Shown here: piece after piece, positions 32,130-45,310 of the stretch | How the letters are laid out: the number at the start of each line of letters is the position of its first letter | Position numbering within the stretch: the stretch's first letter is position 1 | From: the human T2T-CHM13v2.0 reference genome, Homo sapiens | Direction: 5' to 3' (one strand) | Assembly (NCBI RefSeq): GCF_009914755.1 | Contig: NC_060930.1 | DNA length: 64,000 bases | The notes under the pieces: model-generated | Databases searched by the model: none | What the model was told of the DNA's origin: nothing | What the model saw: the letters and a program-made list of their open reading frames with translations, nothing else | Program-made: the position numbers and the translations under genes

Positions 32130-33603
32130 GGGTCTATTCATTTTCTATTACTGCATAACTAATTACCATAAATTTAATGGCTTAAAACAACAGCTTATTA
32201 GCTCACAGTTCTACAGGTTAGAAGTCCAGACATGACACAGCTAGGTTCCTTGTTCAGGGTCTCACAGGAATAAAATTAAGGTGTCAGCGAGGGCTGTGAT
32301 TCTAATCTGAGGCTTGGGGTCATCCAAAGTTATTCAGGTTGTTGGCAGGATCTTGTTCCCTGTGGTTGTAGGACTGTGATTGCCACCTTCTTGCTCACAG
32401 AGTTGCTTTCAGCTTCTGTGGGCTGCCCACTGTTCCCTACCATGTGGCACCTTCATCATAAAAAGTCAGCAATGGAGAATCTCCTTTGCATGAAATCTCC
32501 CTCATGCTTCGAATTTCTCTTTCCAGGAAGAGCCCAGTCACTTTAAGGACTCATCTGATTAGGTCAGGCCCACCAAAGATGTTCTCCCTGAAACAGGAAA
32601 TTTTCCCTGACCCCTTTGCAGCAGGTGGGAACTGGACTGTGGGCACTGGAGCTAGCTAGCTGCTTTGGCTGGCTTCACTTGCTTGGATCCACTGCACTCC
32701 AGCCCTAGTGGGACGGGGAGTGTAGCTGAGTGGGTGCAAGAGCCAGGGCGAGTGCTTCCGGGCACCGGCAAGAGCAAAACTCTGTGCAGGCCCCATGGCA
32801 ACATCTAGAGGGGGAGTACCTGTGACTCCTGAAGCCCCAGAAGGAGTGTTAACAGTCAGTGCTCTTTTAGTTTTGCTGTCCACGGACAGCTTATGTGTTT
32901 AAAGGCTCAGTGAAGCCTCTGCCTTTTTGTGCGGGCAGAGGGTCAGTGTGTTAGCCTTCTGTACCCCGAGCTCTTGTCTGGCATCCAGGAAAAATCAGGT
33001 CTCACAAATGAATTTAAGGATAGTAAATGTGGGGGATTTTATTGCCAATGGAAGTGGCTCTCAGCAGGAAGGGGAGCTGGAAAAGGGATGGAGTGGAAAA
33101 ATATTCTTCCCCTGAAGTCTGGCTGTCTCTGGCCGGACTCTGAAGTCCCATCATCAAGCCATCCCTCTGAAGTCAAGCTGCTTCTCCCCGATGTCCAGCT
33201 GTTTCTTCTCCTCTCAATGTTCAGCTGTTTCCTTTTCTCTGCCAGCTGGGTCAGGGGTTTTTATGAGTGCAGGATGGTGGGTGGGACAGGCCATGGGTGG
33301 TTTTGGAAAAAGGCAACATTCAAGTGGGAAAACAGGAATGCATGTTCTCACTTTGGGCTGTGGTTCCAGGCTTGAGGGTGGGGCCCTTGCCGGGAACCCC
33401 ACCCTTTTATGCCTAGAATTTCTCTGCCTCCTGTCCCTATCACCCTTATCTTAAGGTCAACTGATTTGGGCCTCAAATTTCACCTGCAAATCCCTTCACA
33501 GTAGCACCTAGGTTAGTGTTTGATTGAAAAACTGGGAAAAGGTGTGTGCACACTAGTGGTGGTGAGGTATCTTGGAGGACACCTTAGAATTCTACCTACC
33601 ACA
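32130..33603 (-). mobile_element. MLT1-family MaLR LTR split by an ERV1 LTR
   Basis: ataactaattaccataaatttaatggcttaaaacaaca...ttagaattctacctaccaca. Confidence 0.75.
32589..33442 (-). mobile_element. ERV1 solo LTR (MER52/LTR1/LTR27-28 group)
   Basis: Reverse strand begins tgatagggacaggaggcagagaaattctaggc; TG...CA ends; short ccc duplication. Confidence 0.7.
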
Positions 33604-34035
33604 GTGGAAGGGCAGGGCCTAGGATCTGACAGGGGAAAAGAGTAGCTAGGACTGTTTTCTACTCTTTAGAAAAAATATCTAAACACATGCAAATTGTGAG
33701 AGGACATATCCTGGGTAACTGTCAATGCTGGTAAACCTCATAGAAAGAGACTTTGCCCAAGACTTGGGAAACATGCCCCTGCCACTATCTAATTATGTGA
33801 TCCCGGTCAAATGATTTAACTTCTCTGGGTTTGGAGCTGAGAGAACCGAATGGATCAGGAATTCCCTACCAGGTAGGAAAGCAGGAGGGAAGCAGCTACC
33901 CTAAAGTCAGCTGGGGAGCTTTTTCAAAGCAAGCATTTCTCCTTCCTTCCCAAGATGTCATAACAGTTGGGAGTGGGGAGAGAAAGGTTGAGAAGGGAGG
34001 CATGAGTATGTGCAGTGTGGAATTGTTCTTCAGGT

Positions 34036-34135
34036 CATTCCATCATTCATGCATTCATTCATTCATTCATTCATTCAACAAACATTCATTGACCGTCTAC
34101 TTTGTGTCAAACACTGTGTTAAGCACTGATAATGT
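34036..34135 (-). mobile_element. L2 3' end with (CATT)n
   Basis: cattcattcattcaacaaacattcattga... Confidence 0.75.
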
Positions 34136-34141
34136 TAGAGT

Positions 34142-35495
34142 TGTAAATCAAAAATAAAATTCTAAGCCCCTCAACCAACTAAATGGACCCCCTGCTTGGC
34201 CCAGGAGATCCCAAAGAAACCTGAAACACTAGTTCAGGCCATGACTGGAAGGTGGAGGTAGAGTAGCCAGACATGCCTCCTTATAACCTCCTCCCTTTGG
34301 AGTTTAGGCACAACTGACTACCATTAACATTAAAACAGAGATCTTAAGACTGACAAACAGACTCTTTGTAGCAGTAAGGTATGCAAACCCAGGTTTGGCT
34401 GCTAACCCCTGGAAAACCAGACATGAGAGACAAGAATTGGGGGGAAGAAAAGCAGGCTTCTTTGGAAAGCCCGCAAAACCAAGAAGATGGTGGACTAGTC
34501 ACAAAGACCATCTTAAATTTTAAAATTTTATCATAGGGTTTTTAAAGGGAAACTTGGTATGGGAGATGTGAGGGACTAGTGCAGGATGAAGGGTCTGTAT
34601 GTTTGTTCTGATGGTTATCTTGGGTAATTGCCTATCTGGAAGTATGTTTGGCATTATTTTGTCTTGGGCCAGATGGTGGTGGACTAATTGTTTGAGACTC
34701 CTTCTAAGCAGGATGATTAAGCAGGGGCTCTGTGCCTGGTTTGTTTCAAGATTATCTTCTGAAATTTCTTAAGCAAGAACATAATTAGATAAACATGAGT
34801 TACTGGAGAGGAGTGTCTAGAGAGGGAGGGAATAAAAGGGTGAGTGGGGAGGGAAGGAAGAAAAAGAAAATGTGTGATTAAAAATATTTTTAAAACTGAG
34901 GCCCCCAGTTACAATAAAATACCAAATTCTAACCTGACTCTGGTATAGCATCGCATGGCAGATAGCAGGCCTGGAAGGAAATCAAGGTATTTTACCCCCA
35001 AATATATTTCTTTGACATATTTTGAAATGGTCCTGCAAAGCTGTCTCCTGTGGATGGGGGAGGGGCCCTGGAATTTGCATTCTGTAGAGAATCCCCTTCC
35101 CTTACTAGTTTTTTTTTTCCGGAGAGCCTGACACCTTTTAAGGTCCAATAAAAAACACTGTCTATTCTCTCTGAAGCCTGCTACCTGGAGGCTTCATTTA
35201 TAAGAACCTTAGCTTCACAATCTCCCTTAACTCAAGCATTTCTTTGTGCTGACTTTAAACTCTTCAGGCAAAACTCAACTCTTTCAACCAATTGCCAATC
35301 AGGAAGTCTTTGAATCTACCTATAACCTGGAAGCCCCTCTCTCCCAGATGTCGCACCTTTCCAGGTCGAACCAATGTGTACCTTACATGTATTGATTTAT
35401 GTCTTTGCCTGCAACTTCTGTCCCCCTAAAATGTAAGAAAACCAAGCTGTAACCCAACCACTTTGAGCACATGTTCTCAGGACCTCCTGAGGATC
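34142..35495 (+). mobile_element. MER4 (MER4D/E-like) ERV1 LTR, interrupted at about 34372-34912
   Basis: tgtaaatcaaaaataaaattctaagccc...gcacatgttctcaggacctcctgag. Confidence 0.75.
34372..34912 (-). mobile_element. Second ERV1-type LTR nested in MER4
   Basis: Ends ...cccccagttaca; host ctctttgtagc | aataaaataccaaattc rejoins. Confidence 0.55.
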
Positions 35496-36300
35496 TGTGG
35501 CTGGGCAGAGACACCTAAATGTGATCTGCAGAGGATTGCATAGAGAAAGCTCTGCCTGTGGCTGACATACTGAGAACTAACCTGGGCGCCTTACAGCAAA
35601 ACCATCCATGAAGCAGATGTGGTGGGGCTTTCCTGATCTTTTAGGGCCCAGATGCATTTCACTGAGATGCATGTTGCCTTTTTCTGAAAGCGTCTCATAA
35701 TTAGTCTTTACATGTGTTTCAATCTGGTTTCACACTCGTTAACTGCTTAAATTGTAGAAAGCGCATTTTATTTCAGTCCACTAGGGGGAACCAGAGGGAT
35801 TAGGCATTGGAGCTAACAAGCCTTTAACATTCTTAATACTGTAATTAGAGAAATTTCTAGGGGTTCTCAAAGTGAGCTGACTTTGAGAGAGCTGAATAGG
35901 GGGGTGTTTTTTGGTTTCATTTTTGTGTTTTGTGTGTGTGTGGGGGGGGTTGTTATTGTTGTTTTCTTTTTAACTTATTTGCATAAAAGACTATTTTTTA
36001 GAGCAATTTTAGGTTCACAGCAACATTGAACAGAAGGGGAGTTTAGAAATATGTAGATTTCCAGCCCTTGCCCCCAATCCACAAAATCAGAAGCTTTGGG
36101 GATGTGGCCCAGAAATCTCTATTGTAAAGGTTGGTGGAATATCTGCCTTTGGCAAAAATCTACTTAATTATATAAACTTTAAGCCCACCAGGGGCAGGGA
36201 CACACTGCAAGTTCCTAGCATCCACAGCAAGATGTACAAACAGAGGCTCGCAAGGTTTTAAACATTTTTTTTTAAAGATAGAGGTGAAATACTTGGAGAT

Positions 36301-36372
36301 TGTCAATATTTAGAGTATGAGTCATATATTTTTCCATGTCAATATTTGGAATATGAGTCATATATTTTTCCA
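36301..36372. repeat. 36-bp tandem duplication, each unit containing ATGAGTCAT (AP-1)
   Basis: 2 mismatches between units. Confidence 0.93.
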
Positions 36373-37047
36373 GTTGAACAACTTCAACTGTTAAGCAGAA
36401 TCCACATAATTTACTTAGAGCCCAAGGAAAATCTGAAAACCACCATTTGAGGAAGACTTCCGGCTCCAGAAATGAAATTTTAGGGACCCCCCAAATCAGA
36501 AAACAGTATATTGTTTCTGAAATAAGCATTTAATGAAAGACTGACAGATTCCTGTAGATCTTATCCAGACTCAGGGAATAGAAATAAATGCCCTAGATTC
36601 AATTGCCATTAGACACAGATGTTTCCATAGTATCAAATACATTCTGGCACACTGGCCAACAGACACAAGTTGGAGTTACAGGGAGAAGAGAGGCCATAGA
36701 GATTGTCACAGGGGAGGATTTAATACATTCTATCTTCATAAAAAGCAGTTTAGTATAAAATGAAGATACTCATTGATTTATAGGGGTGTATGTTAGATAG
36801 CCCAAGTGATATAAAAAAATTAGCAATCTAGTTTAAGAAACACAGAACTGCCTACCCTGATGGACCCTGCTGCACTTTGGAAATTTACAAAGTAATTTGT
36901 TTAAACAAACGTCAAATTGCCAGAAATCATATGATAAGACCCGGTCTTCGTAACAGGTCTCTGAAACTCTAGTTTGAATATCAAATAAAAATTCAGAACA
37001 ATGATTTGCCTTTCCCAAGGTCCACCTGAAGTGGGTATTTGACATAG

Positions 37048-37378
<331 letters not shown>

Positions 37379-37700
37379 AGAATTGTATTTCTTGATGCCA
37401 ATGAATTTCCTAAATCAAAGGTGGAAGGAAATGGCCCTTTACTTCCTCCATCTGAAGACGTAAAGATTCTCAGCTAGTCAGACTTGAAACATTTATCCTA
37501 AAATATTCTTCTGGATTAATTAAATAAAACAATAATTTAAAAATATTGCAAGGCTCAGTAATAAGTTGGAATAAATGTGGAAACAAGATTCCTCTCTTTA
37601 AGCTTTTACCTGAGGCATCTGGGCAGACTGGTGGCAATCTTAGACTTCTTCCTTATTCTTTTTTCAAAGGTTTGTTTGCCATGTATGGAGGGCACTCATA

Positions 37701-38002
37701 CTTTTATTTATTTATTTATTTTTTGGAGAGGGTCTTGCTCTATTGCCCAGGCTGGAATGCAGTGGTGTGATCACGGCTCCCCGCAGCTTCAACCTCCTGG
37801 GCTCAAGCGATCCCCCTACCACAGCCTCCTGACTAGCTGGGCACACAGGTATGTGCCACTATGCTAGACTAATTTAAAAAATTTTTTTTTTGTAGATACT
37901 GGGTTATTGCCCAGGCTAGTCTCAAATTCCTGGACTCAAGCCATCCCCCCACCCAGCCCCCCAAAGTATTGGGATTACAGGCATGAGCCACTGTGCCCAG
38001 CC
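37701..38002 (-). mobile_element. Alu (AluJ-like)
   Basis: Antisense diverged dimer. Confidence 0.88.
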
Positions 38003-39555
38003 TTATACACTTTTATAACCTAACCTACTATAACATAAAATAAAATCCTGTATTGTGTTTTGTGCTATAGATACATTTTAATACAGGAAGACAGTGGAGT
38101 ATTGGAAGATGTGGTAAGGAGAGTTATAGGGATAAAGCTATTCTTTAATTTATTCTCAAACTAACATTTGGAAAAGAGGTTATATGAGAGAGAACAGTAT
38201 AGTTTTTAATACTCAAATCTTCCAAGGAAAGCTTGTAAATGAATAAAATTCCATTTCTAGCTAACTTGGTTATATTTCCTTTCTTGCATAACCATGCCTC
38301 ATTTTAAGAGTAAAATTTTAAAAACTTTGCTCCCCCATAAAACATTCCTTCATTTGTTTATTTCTGTTTTGAAATAACAAATGCCAAATTCTCTGTAGGT
38401 TTTAATGATATTGAGTGTCAGAATATTTATCATTTCTCTCATAATAATCAATTTACACTGTTAGCCATCCTGTAATAACTGCAAAATCAGTTTTAGTCTC
38501 TTACCTGCCCCTTTCTGCTAAGAGTTTATCTTCTATCAGCCTATGGTTGCAAATGCAATGTAATTTGCAGTAAGCTGGTTGGCAGCAAATCGTGGTAAAT
38601 CCTACTAGCTGGCTTGGCTAGAGGACAAGAGCTCTTGTTTGAGGTTCTGATACAACTCAGCCACAAGAGAGCATTAAAATTGTCATCTGGTGCTACAACA
38701 GCTGCCTGGATCCCAGTCTCTGTAATTCATGCACTCAAAATCCACATTTTTGAACAGAAAGGTAATTACAATTGTAAAGGCCACTTTTCATTCATTTGCA
38801 AATTTTTTTAAAAAACGTACTCATCTATTTTCCCACACATTAGCCACCCCTTACTCTGCCCTGTCTATTCTACCTCTGAGAGACATTTCTAACGGACTTA
38901 CAGCTCTCTTTTCTTTTGAATGAGGATGTAGCTGTCTAATCTTTTGCAACACAGTGACCCAAGTCATTGCTGCAAATTCTTGGAAGTTGGCACGTGAGGT
39001 GAAATCTACTTATTAGCCTGGCTTTGAGCTGCAGCTTTCAGGAATATTAGATTTCAATTAACTTTTCCCTTGATAGCGAGGAGCTTAGAAGGTGGGTTGA
39101 CTGGGATGCAGATGTTCACATGAGGCCCCATAATTTTAATCAACTCTAAGAGTTGAAATATCAGGGGACAAAGAGTGAAATCAGGCAAAGAGCGAAATCA
39201 GATAGGATTTGTTCATAAATACTACTGGTTTGAGGCTTCTCACTGAGTTGAAGAACTGGGCCGTAGTAAATCTTATTTGATTCTGCTTGTTTATACTCAA
39301 TTGTGGATATTTTGTGGGATCAATGAGGTAAACTCATCAGAGGTCTGAGAATTAGCAAAGTCTTAGGAGGAACCATGTGTTCAGAAGAGAAAGCTTGACA
39401 AAGTGTTTGGTGCATAAGTTCTACTAGTTGGTTGTTGCCAACTGCATTCTACAGCTCAGTTCCTATATAGGCTTTTTTGGTGTGAGTTTGATTTATTCTG
39501 AATTGTTTTACTAGTTTATTATAAATTATATTAATTGAGGATTGATAAAAGTAAT

Positions 39556-39972
39556 TGTCACAGCTTAAGATCCCTAGGAAGACTCCGAAATGGAGATTAA
39601 CATGCAGGAGGGTTATTAGGGAGTGTTCTTGTTGTTAGCACCTATGGAAAGGAAAGGAAGGAAGTAGGATTGGGCAGAAGTAAGAGAAGCGGGGCTGCAG
39701 TAGAGCCAAGGGAAAGCCTCAGCCTACCCTACAGAGAGCTCTGAAACTAGACTAGCTCTTTGTAGTTGGCCTGACTTGCGGTAAGTTGGGCCTTTGTACC
39801 TCATGTTAACCAGTTACCTGAGGTAGGCTGCCCCAAGAAATGGGTGTGATGTGGGCAAAGTGACTTTGTTCAGCTGAAGAAGGCTGACCGTTGAGGGCTG
39901 TCTGCCAGCAGCACTCTTAGCTGCTGGGAGAATTACTTCACCTCAGAAGGGGGTCCTCCAAGTCATATCACA
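39556..39972 (-). mobile_element. LTR16-like ERVL LTR
   Basis: atggagattaacatgcaggagggttattagggagtg...ggaaggaagtaggattgggcaga...agcctcagcc. Confidence 0.65.
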
Positions 39973-39992
39973 GTGTCTCTCAGTGTCTCTTA

Positions 39993-40200
39993 CAAGTACA
40001 CAGGTGCATACCACCACACCTGGCTAATTATTATTATTACGATTTTTAATTTTTTTTGTAGAGACAAGGTCTCATTATGTTGTCCAGGCTTGTCTCAAAC
40101 TCAAGTTTGATCTTTGGGAGGCCAAAGCAGGGCTCAAGTGATCTTCCTGCTTTGGCCTCCCAAAGTGTTGGGATTACTGGTGTGAACCCTCATGCACAGC
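39993..40200 (-). mobile_element. Alu fragment containing a 20-bp fold-back insertion
   Basis: Antisense left arm plus part of the right arm. Confidence 0.85.
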
Positions 40201-40204
40201 GAGT

Positions 40205-41715
40205 AAGCATTTCTTGAAGAAGACACAAAAGTGCAAAATACACAGGAAAAGATTAATACACTCAGTTACGTTAAGACTAAAAATCAGGTCATCAAAAGAC
40301 GTAATAATGAGAATAAAAAAGATAAACTAAAAATTGGGAGAAGGTATTTGCCACTCAAACTATTGACAAAAGATTAGTACCTAGAATATAAAACTTTGAA
40401 GAATCAATATAGAAAAGACAAACTAATACAAAAATGGGGAAAACACAGGAACTCTTAAAAAAGGGGAATACAAATAGTCTATAATCTTAGGAAAATGTCA
40501 ACCTCATTGGTTATCAGGGAAATGCAAACTCAAACTAAACTGTGCGGTACCAGTTTTCAGTTATCTTTTTCTCCTAAAGATATTATTGCACATCTAATAG
40601 ATTGATACAAATTTAAAAGTCTATTGCGGGGGGTGCCAAGATGAGAGGATTGCTTGAGTCCCGAAGTTTGAGACCAGCCTGAGCAATGTAGAGAGACCCT
40701 ACCTCTCCAAAAAATAAAAGTAAATTAGCTGGGCATGGTGATGTACACATGTAATCCCAGCTACTCAGGAGGCTGAAGCAGGAGGATCACTTGAGCCCAG
40801 GAGGTCGAGGCTGTAGTGAGCCATGATCATGCCACTGCACTTTAGCCTAGGTGACAGAATGAGACCTTGTCTCAAAAAAAAAAAAAAAAGAGAAAGAAAT
40901 AAAAAAAGAAAAAAAAGTGTATCACTTCTTATCATAAAAGGACACAATATACTCACTGAGATCACATGGGAAAAACTCACAGGCAGAAGAGTTAACAGAA
41001 TGTGAGTCCTCCATCCTCTTGACATCTTTCTGGGGAGAGAGAGGTTCCAGGGGCATTAAATCATGTTGGCTCTCCTCAATCCAAGGGTGTGGAGCAATGG
41101 AAACACTATCCCCTGCTTGTGGGAATATAAACTCCTATAACCATGTCCAGAAATTTTTGCAATATTGCATTTTGCATATTGGAGAGTTGAACCTGTGCCT
41201 AACTTTTGATCCAGCAATTCCCTCCTAGTACGTTCCTTAAAAATACTTTCGTACATATGCACTAGAAAACATGTTTGCAGAAGCCTTACTCTTAAGAACA
41301 AAAAGTAATAAATAATACATAAATGGATAAACTAATTGTGGTATACTTATACAGTGAAATACTACTGAGTAATGCAAAACGAATGAACTACAGGTACATG
41401 TATCAACCTAGAAAACAATATTAAACAAAAGACTCAAGTTGCAAAGGAATGTGCACAATATATTTTTTTAGCGAGCCATATATATGACATAAAAATATAC
41501 AGAAAAGAGAATGGTCAATACCCAATACAGAATGGTAGTTACATCTGTGGGAGAGGGATCAGGAAGTAAATGGAGAGGAACACACAAAAGGCTCTAAAGA
41601 ATTGGTAATGCTGTGTTTCCCAAAGACCATTAAGAGCTTATTATTATTCTTTAAACTCTACAGATACATTTTAGACAATCTTTTTGTAAAAATGATATGC
41701 TTCACAATAAAAAAA
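40205..41715 (+). mobile_element. Old L1 (L1M) ORF2-end/3' UTR fragments, interrupted by an Alu
   Basis: cagggaaatgcaaactcaaa; gatccagcaattcctcctag; ggataaactaattgtggtata. Confidence 0.7.
40630..40916 (+). mobile_element. Alu (AluJ-like, 5'-truncated)
   Basis: gaggattgcttgag...poly(A). Confidence 0.88.
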
Positions 41716-42216
41716 TTACAGTATTCCTTCAAAAAGACATAATTTAAAATGGAAGGGCTATTTCAGTGAGTGAATGAATGTTCTTAAATATTCATCACAA
41801 CACATCAAGCATCTCCCCATCTTCCATTCCTCCCTGTCAGAATAGAAAAGTATAAATGGACTGAGCCTGGAAAAGAGAGTTGAGTTTCCACAGTTCACAA
41901 ATGTTACTACAAAAGTCTTGGTAATTTGTTCTCAGAATTCCCTCAGAGAAGAGCTAAACTAGAATAATAAGCTCAGATCCATACTTCACGCAAAAGAAGA
42001 TTAGAATTTGGTTGAAATTGATTCACCAGGTGAATTCTACTATTTTTTAGGTCTGTAGCATTTTAGTATTAAAATATTAAAATATATATTATTCTTTTTA
42101 TTCTCCTAAATGTTCAAATGTTTCAGAATAGAAATCTTATCAACTCTGTTGTTACCCAGATGGCCCTAAATATTAGGGTTTTCCTGCCAAAAAAAAAAGC
42201 AGAAAGAATATTTCCA

Positions 42217-42527
<311 letters not shown>

Positions 42528-42709
42528 GAATATTTCCAGAAGTATACCACATTTTTTTCTAATGTGTATACTAATCACTAAAATTGTAAAAGTAAAATTC
42601 TTGCCCAATTATAGATATCTTTCAATATGTGTATGTATTTTAGTTGCATAATGATATCAAGATAATTTATTGGCATTAAAAAAATTGGCAGCGCAGATTT
42701 GATAGACCC

Positions 42710-43193
42710 ATGTGTCACTGAGAGTTTTTTGGGTGGAAGCAACCAAATCCAAATCTGACTAGTTCAAACTAGAAAAGATTTTTTGGAAGTTTATGGACTG
42801 TTTCATTAAATTGAAGAAGCAACTGACCAACCAGGCTTTGGAAAGGGTAGGAATTAGGGTAGCTCCAGGAATCTAGATAATGGGACTTGTCGGGCAGTAT
42901 TTGTTCCTAGATACTATCATGAAAATAAACTCGCTTCAGTATTTTTTCAATTCTTGTGTCACTGTGCTCAACTTTCAAATTCCTGCTACTGTCTGGCCTG
43001 GTTTGGGCCACATGCCCGTTTCTTGGCAAGAGAAAAGTATGGCATAATTGACAGTTCCACCAAGACGGCTACAGTAAGAGGGTTGACATGGTGCTGGGAG
43101 AAGTCTGGGATTGTCCAAAGGAAAACCAAGATGCTGTTACTAAAAAAATGGGGACATTGATGCTGGACTGGCAAAATTGCAGATAGCTACTAT
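42710..43193 (-). mobile_element. Ancient MLT1-family LTR remnant
   Basis: ggtggaagcaaccaaatccaaatctgactag...tgctgttactaaaaaaatgggg. Confidence 0.45.
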
Positions 43194-43281
43194 AACCTCT
43201 TTAGCAGAAATTAATTTTGCTGTAATCTTCTTATCCAGAATAATTGTACAATTTATATTAGTGCTACAAACATCTGGGCAC

Positions 43282-43795
43282 TGTCCCAGTCTGCTCAGCT
43301 GCCATCACAAAAAACTATAGACTAGGTGACAGACTGTTTAAAGTAGAAATTTATTTTCTCACAGTTCTGGAGGCTGAAAATCTGGGATCAGGGTGCCAGC
43401 CTAGTCTGGTTCTGGTGAGGGCTCTCTTCTTGGCTTGCAGAGAGCTGCCTTCTAACTGTGACCTCACATGGTCTTTCTTCTGTGTGTGTGTGTATGTGTG
43501 TGTATGCTTGTGTGTGTGTGCACGCCAGATAGAGAGAGACAGAGAGAAGAGAGATAAGAGAGAGGAAGAGCTCTTTCTCCATTTTGTTATAAAACCAGTC
43601 CTATCAGATTAGGACCCCACCCATATGTCCTCATTCAACCTTAATCATCTCCTAAAAGCCCTATCTGCAAATACAGTCACAATTGGACCTCATTTAATCT
43701 TAATTACCTTCTAAAGACCTTATTTCCAAATACAGTCACATTGGGGGTTAGGGATTCAACATAAGAATTTTCAGAGGACACCATTCAGTCCACAG
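43282..43795 (-). mobile_element. MLT1A/MST-type MaLR LTR with internal (TG)n/(AG)n
   Basis: tttattttctcacagttctggaggctg...aaatacagtcacattgggggttaggg...attcagtccaca. Confidence 0.8.
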
Positions 43796-44504
43796 TAGGC
43801 ACCTACTATGGGACTCAGAATTTGCTAACTCATTTTTGATAATCTTCTCATTCTTATGCACAAATATGATTGCAAAATCCAGTGAGTGAGCACCAGCCAT
43901 TTCCTGAGTCATCTGTCAGGGGTTTGTCAGGTTCTATGGGGTTTACTGCTGTTGGCAGTCCTGTCTCTCCTCCTCCTGGACCAAGAAACCCTGTCCTCAG
44001 AGCCAAGGCCCTGTCTCCGATGTCTACGTGCCAGGCTGGCTTGTTTGAGTCTATTACTATTCTGTAGTTCAGCTCCACAGCAGTCACTGCTCCAGTCTTT
44101 GTAGTGTTTCCTCTTCTGTCTTGCAGATACCCCAACAGAAATTCTTAGCAAGGCCGGGTGGAATAGCAGACAGATGTGGAAGTCAGAACAGCTGTGTTCT
44201 ATCCCTAGCTCCGGCACTTAGACAAGCTATATGAATTTAGGGAAATCACTAACTTTCAGTAAGTTCTTTTATGCCATGAGTGTGCATTGCTGTCTTTCAA
44301 GTTTTGTGCTAGGTATTGAGAAGTCAGTGATACATACTATGAAGGAAACATATAGAATGCTATGAGAGCATGAGGATTGGGGGAGTGCAGTTGTTGTAGG
44401 ATCAAGTGAGATATGTGAGCTACCCAAATTCAAATGACTACTTTGGGATCTGGAGTTCACTGATTTCTTTAATAGAAAGTACTGTTTTTCAATTTCCTTC
44501 CTTT

Positions 44505-45310
44505 GTTAGTTTCCTGCTGCTGCTATAACAAATTACCGCAAACTTGGATTAAAACAGCACCAATGTATTATCTTAAAGTTCTAGGGGTCAGAAGTCCAAA
44601 ATGTGTCTCACTGGGCTAAAATGAAGACATTCTCAAGGCTGATTATGCAAGCTCTTGGGGAGAATTCATTTCCTTACCTTACCAGCTTCTAGAAGCGACC
44701 TGCCTTCCTGGCACATGGCTGCCCTCCATCCTGAAAGCCAGCAATGGCCAGTCAAGTCTTTCTCACATTTCACCACTCTGACACACTCTCTCCTTCCTCG
44801 CTCTTTCACTTATTATTATTATTATTATTATTATTATTTTTGAGACGGAGTTTGGTTCTTGCTGCCCAGGCTGGGGTGCAATGGGGCGATCTTGGCTCAC
44901 CGCAACCTCCGCCTCCTGGGTTCAAGCAATTCTCCTGCCTCAGCCTCCTGAGTAGCTGGGATTTACAGGCATGTGCCACTACGCCTGGCTAATTTTGTAT
45001 TTTTAGTAGAGATGGGGTTTCTCCATGTTGGTCAGGCTGGTCTTGAACTCCTGCCCTCAGGTGATCTGCCCTCTTCGGCCTCCAAAATGCTGGGATTACA
45101 GGCATGAGCCACCGCACCCAGCCCCTTTCATTTATAATGATTCTTGTGGTTATATCAGGCCTACCGGAATAATCTAAAAAACCTCCCCATCTCAAGATCC
45201 TTCACTGAATCTCATCTGCAGAGGCCCCTTTGTCATGCACGGTAGCAGATTTCACAGGTTCTGGGGGCCAGGACGTGGACCTCTCTGGGGATGGGGCTTG
45301 GTCCTACCCA
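44505..45310 (-). mobile_element. MLT1C-like LTR split by an Alu
   Basis: tgctgctataacaaattacc...ccccatctcaagatccttc. Confidence 0.75.
44811..45123 (-). mobile_element. Alu (AluSp/Sq-like) with (TTA)n tail
   Basis: Antisense dimer. Confidence 0.92.

Noticed and set aside
43629-43745. About 59-bp diverged tandem repeat in a MaLR LTR
   Set aside because: Strongly diverged and possibly part of the subfamily consensus; cannot call it locus-specific
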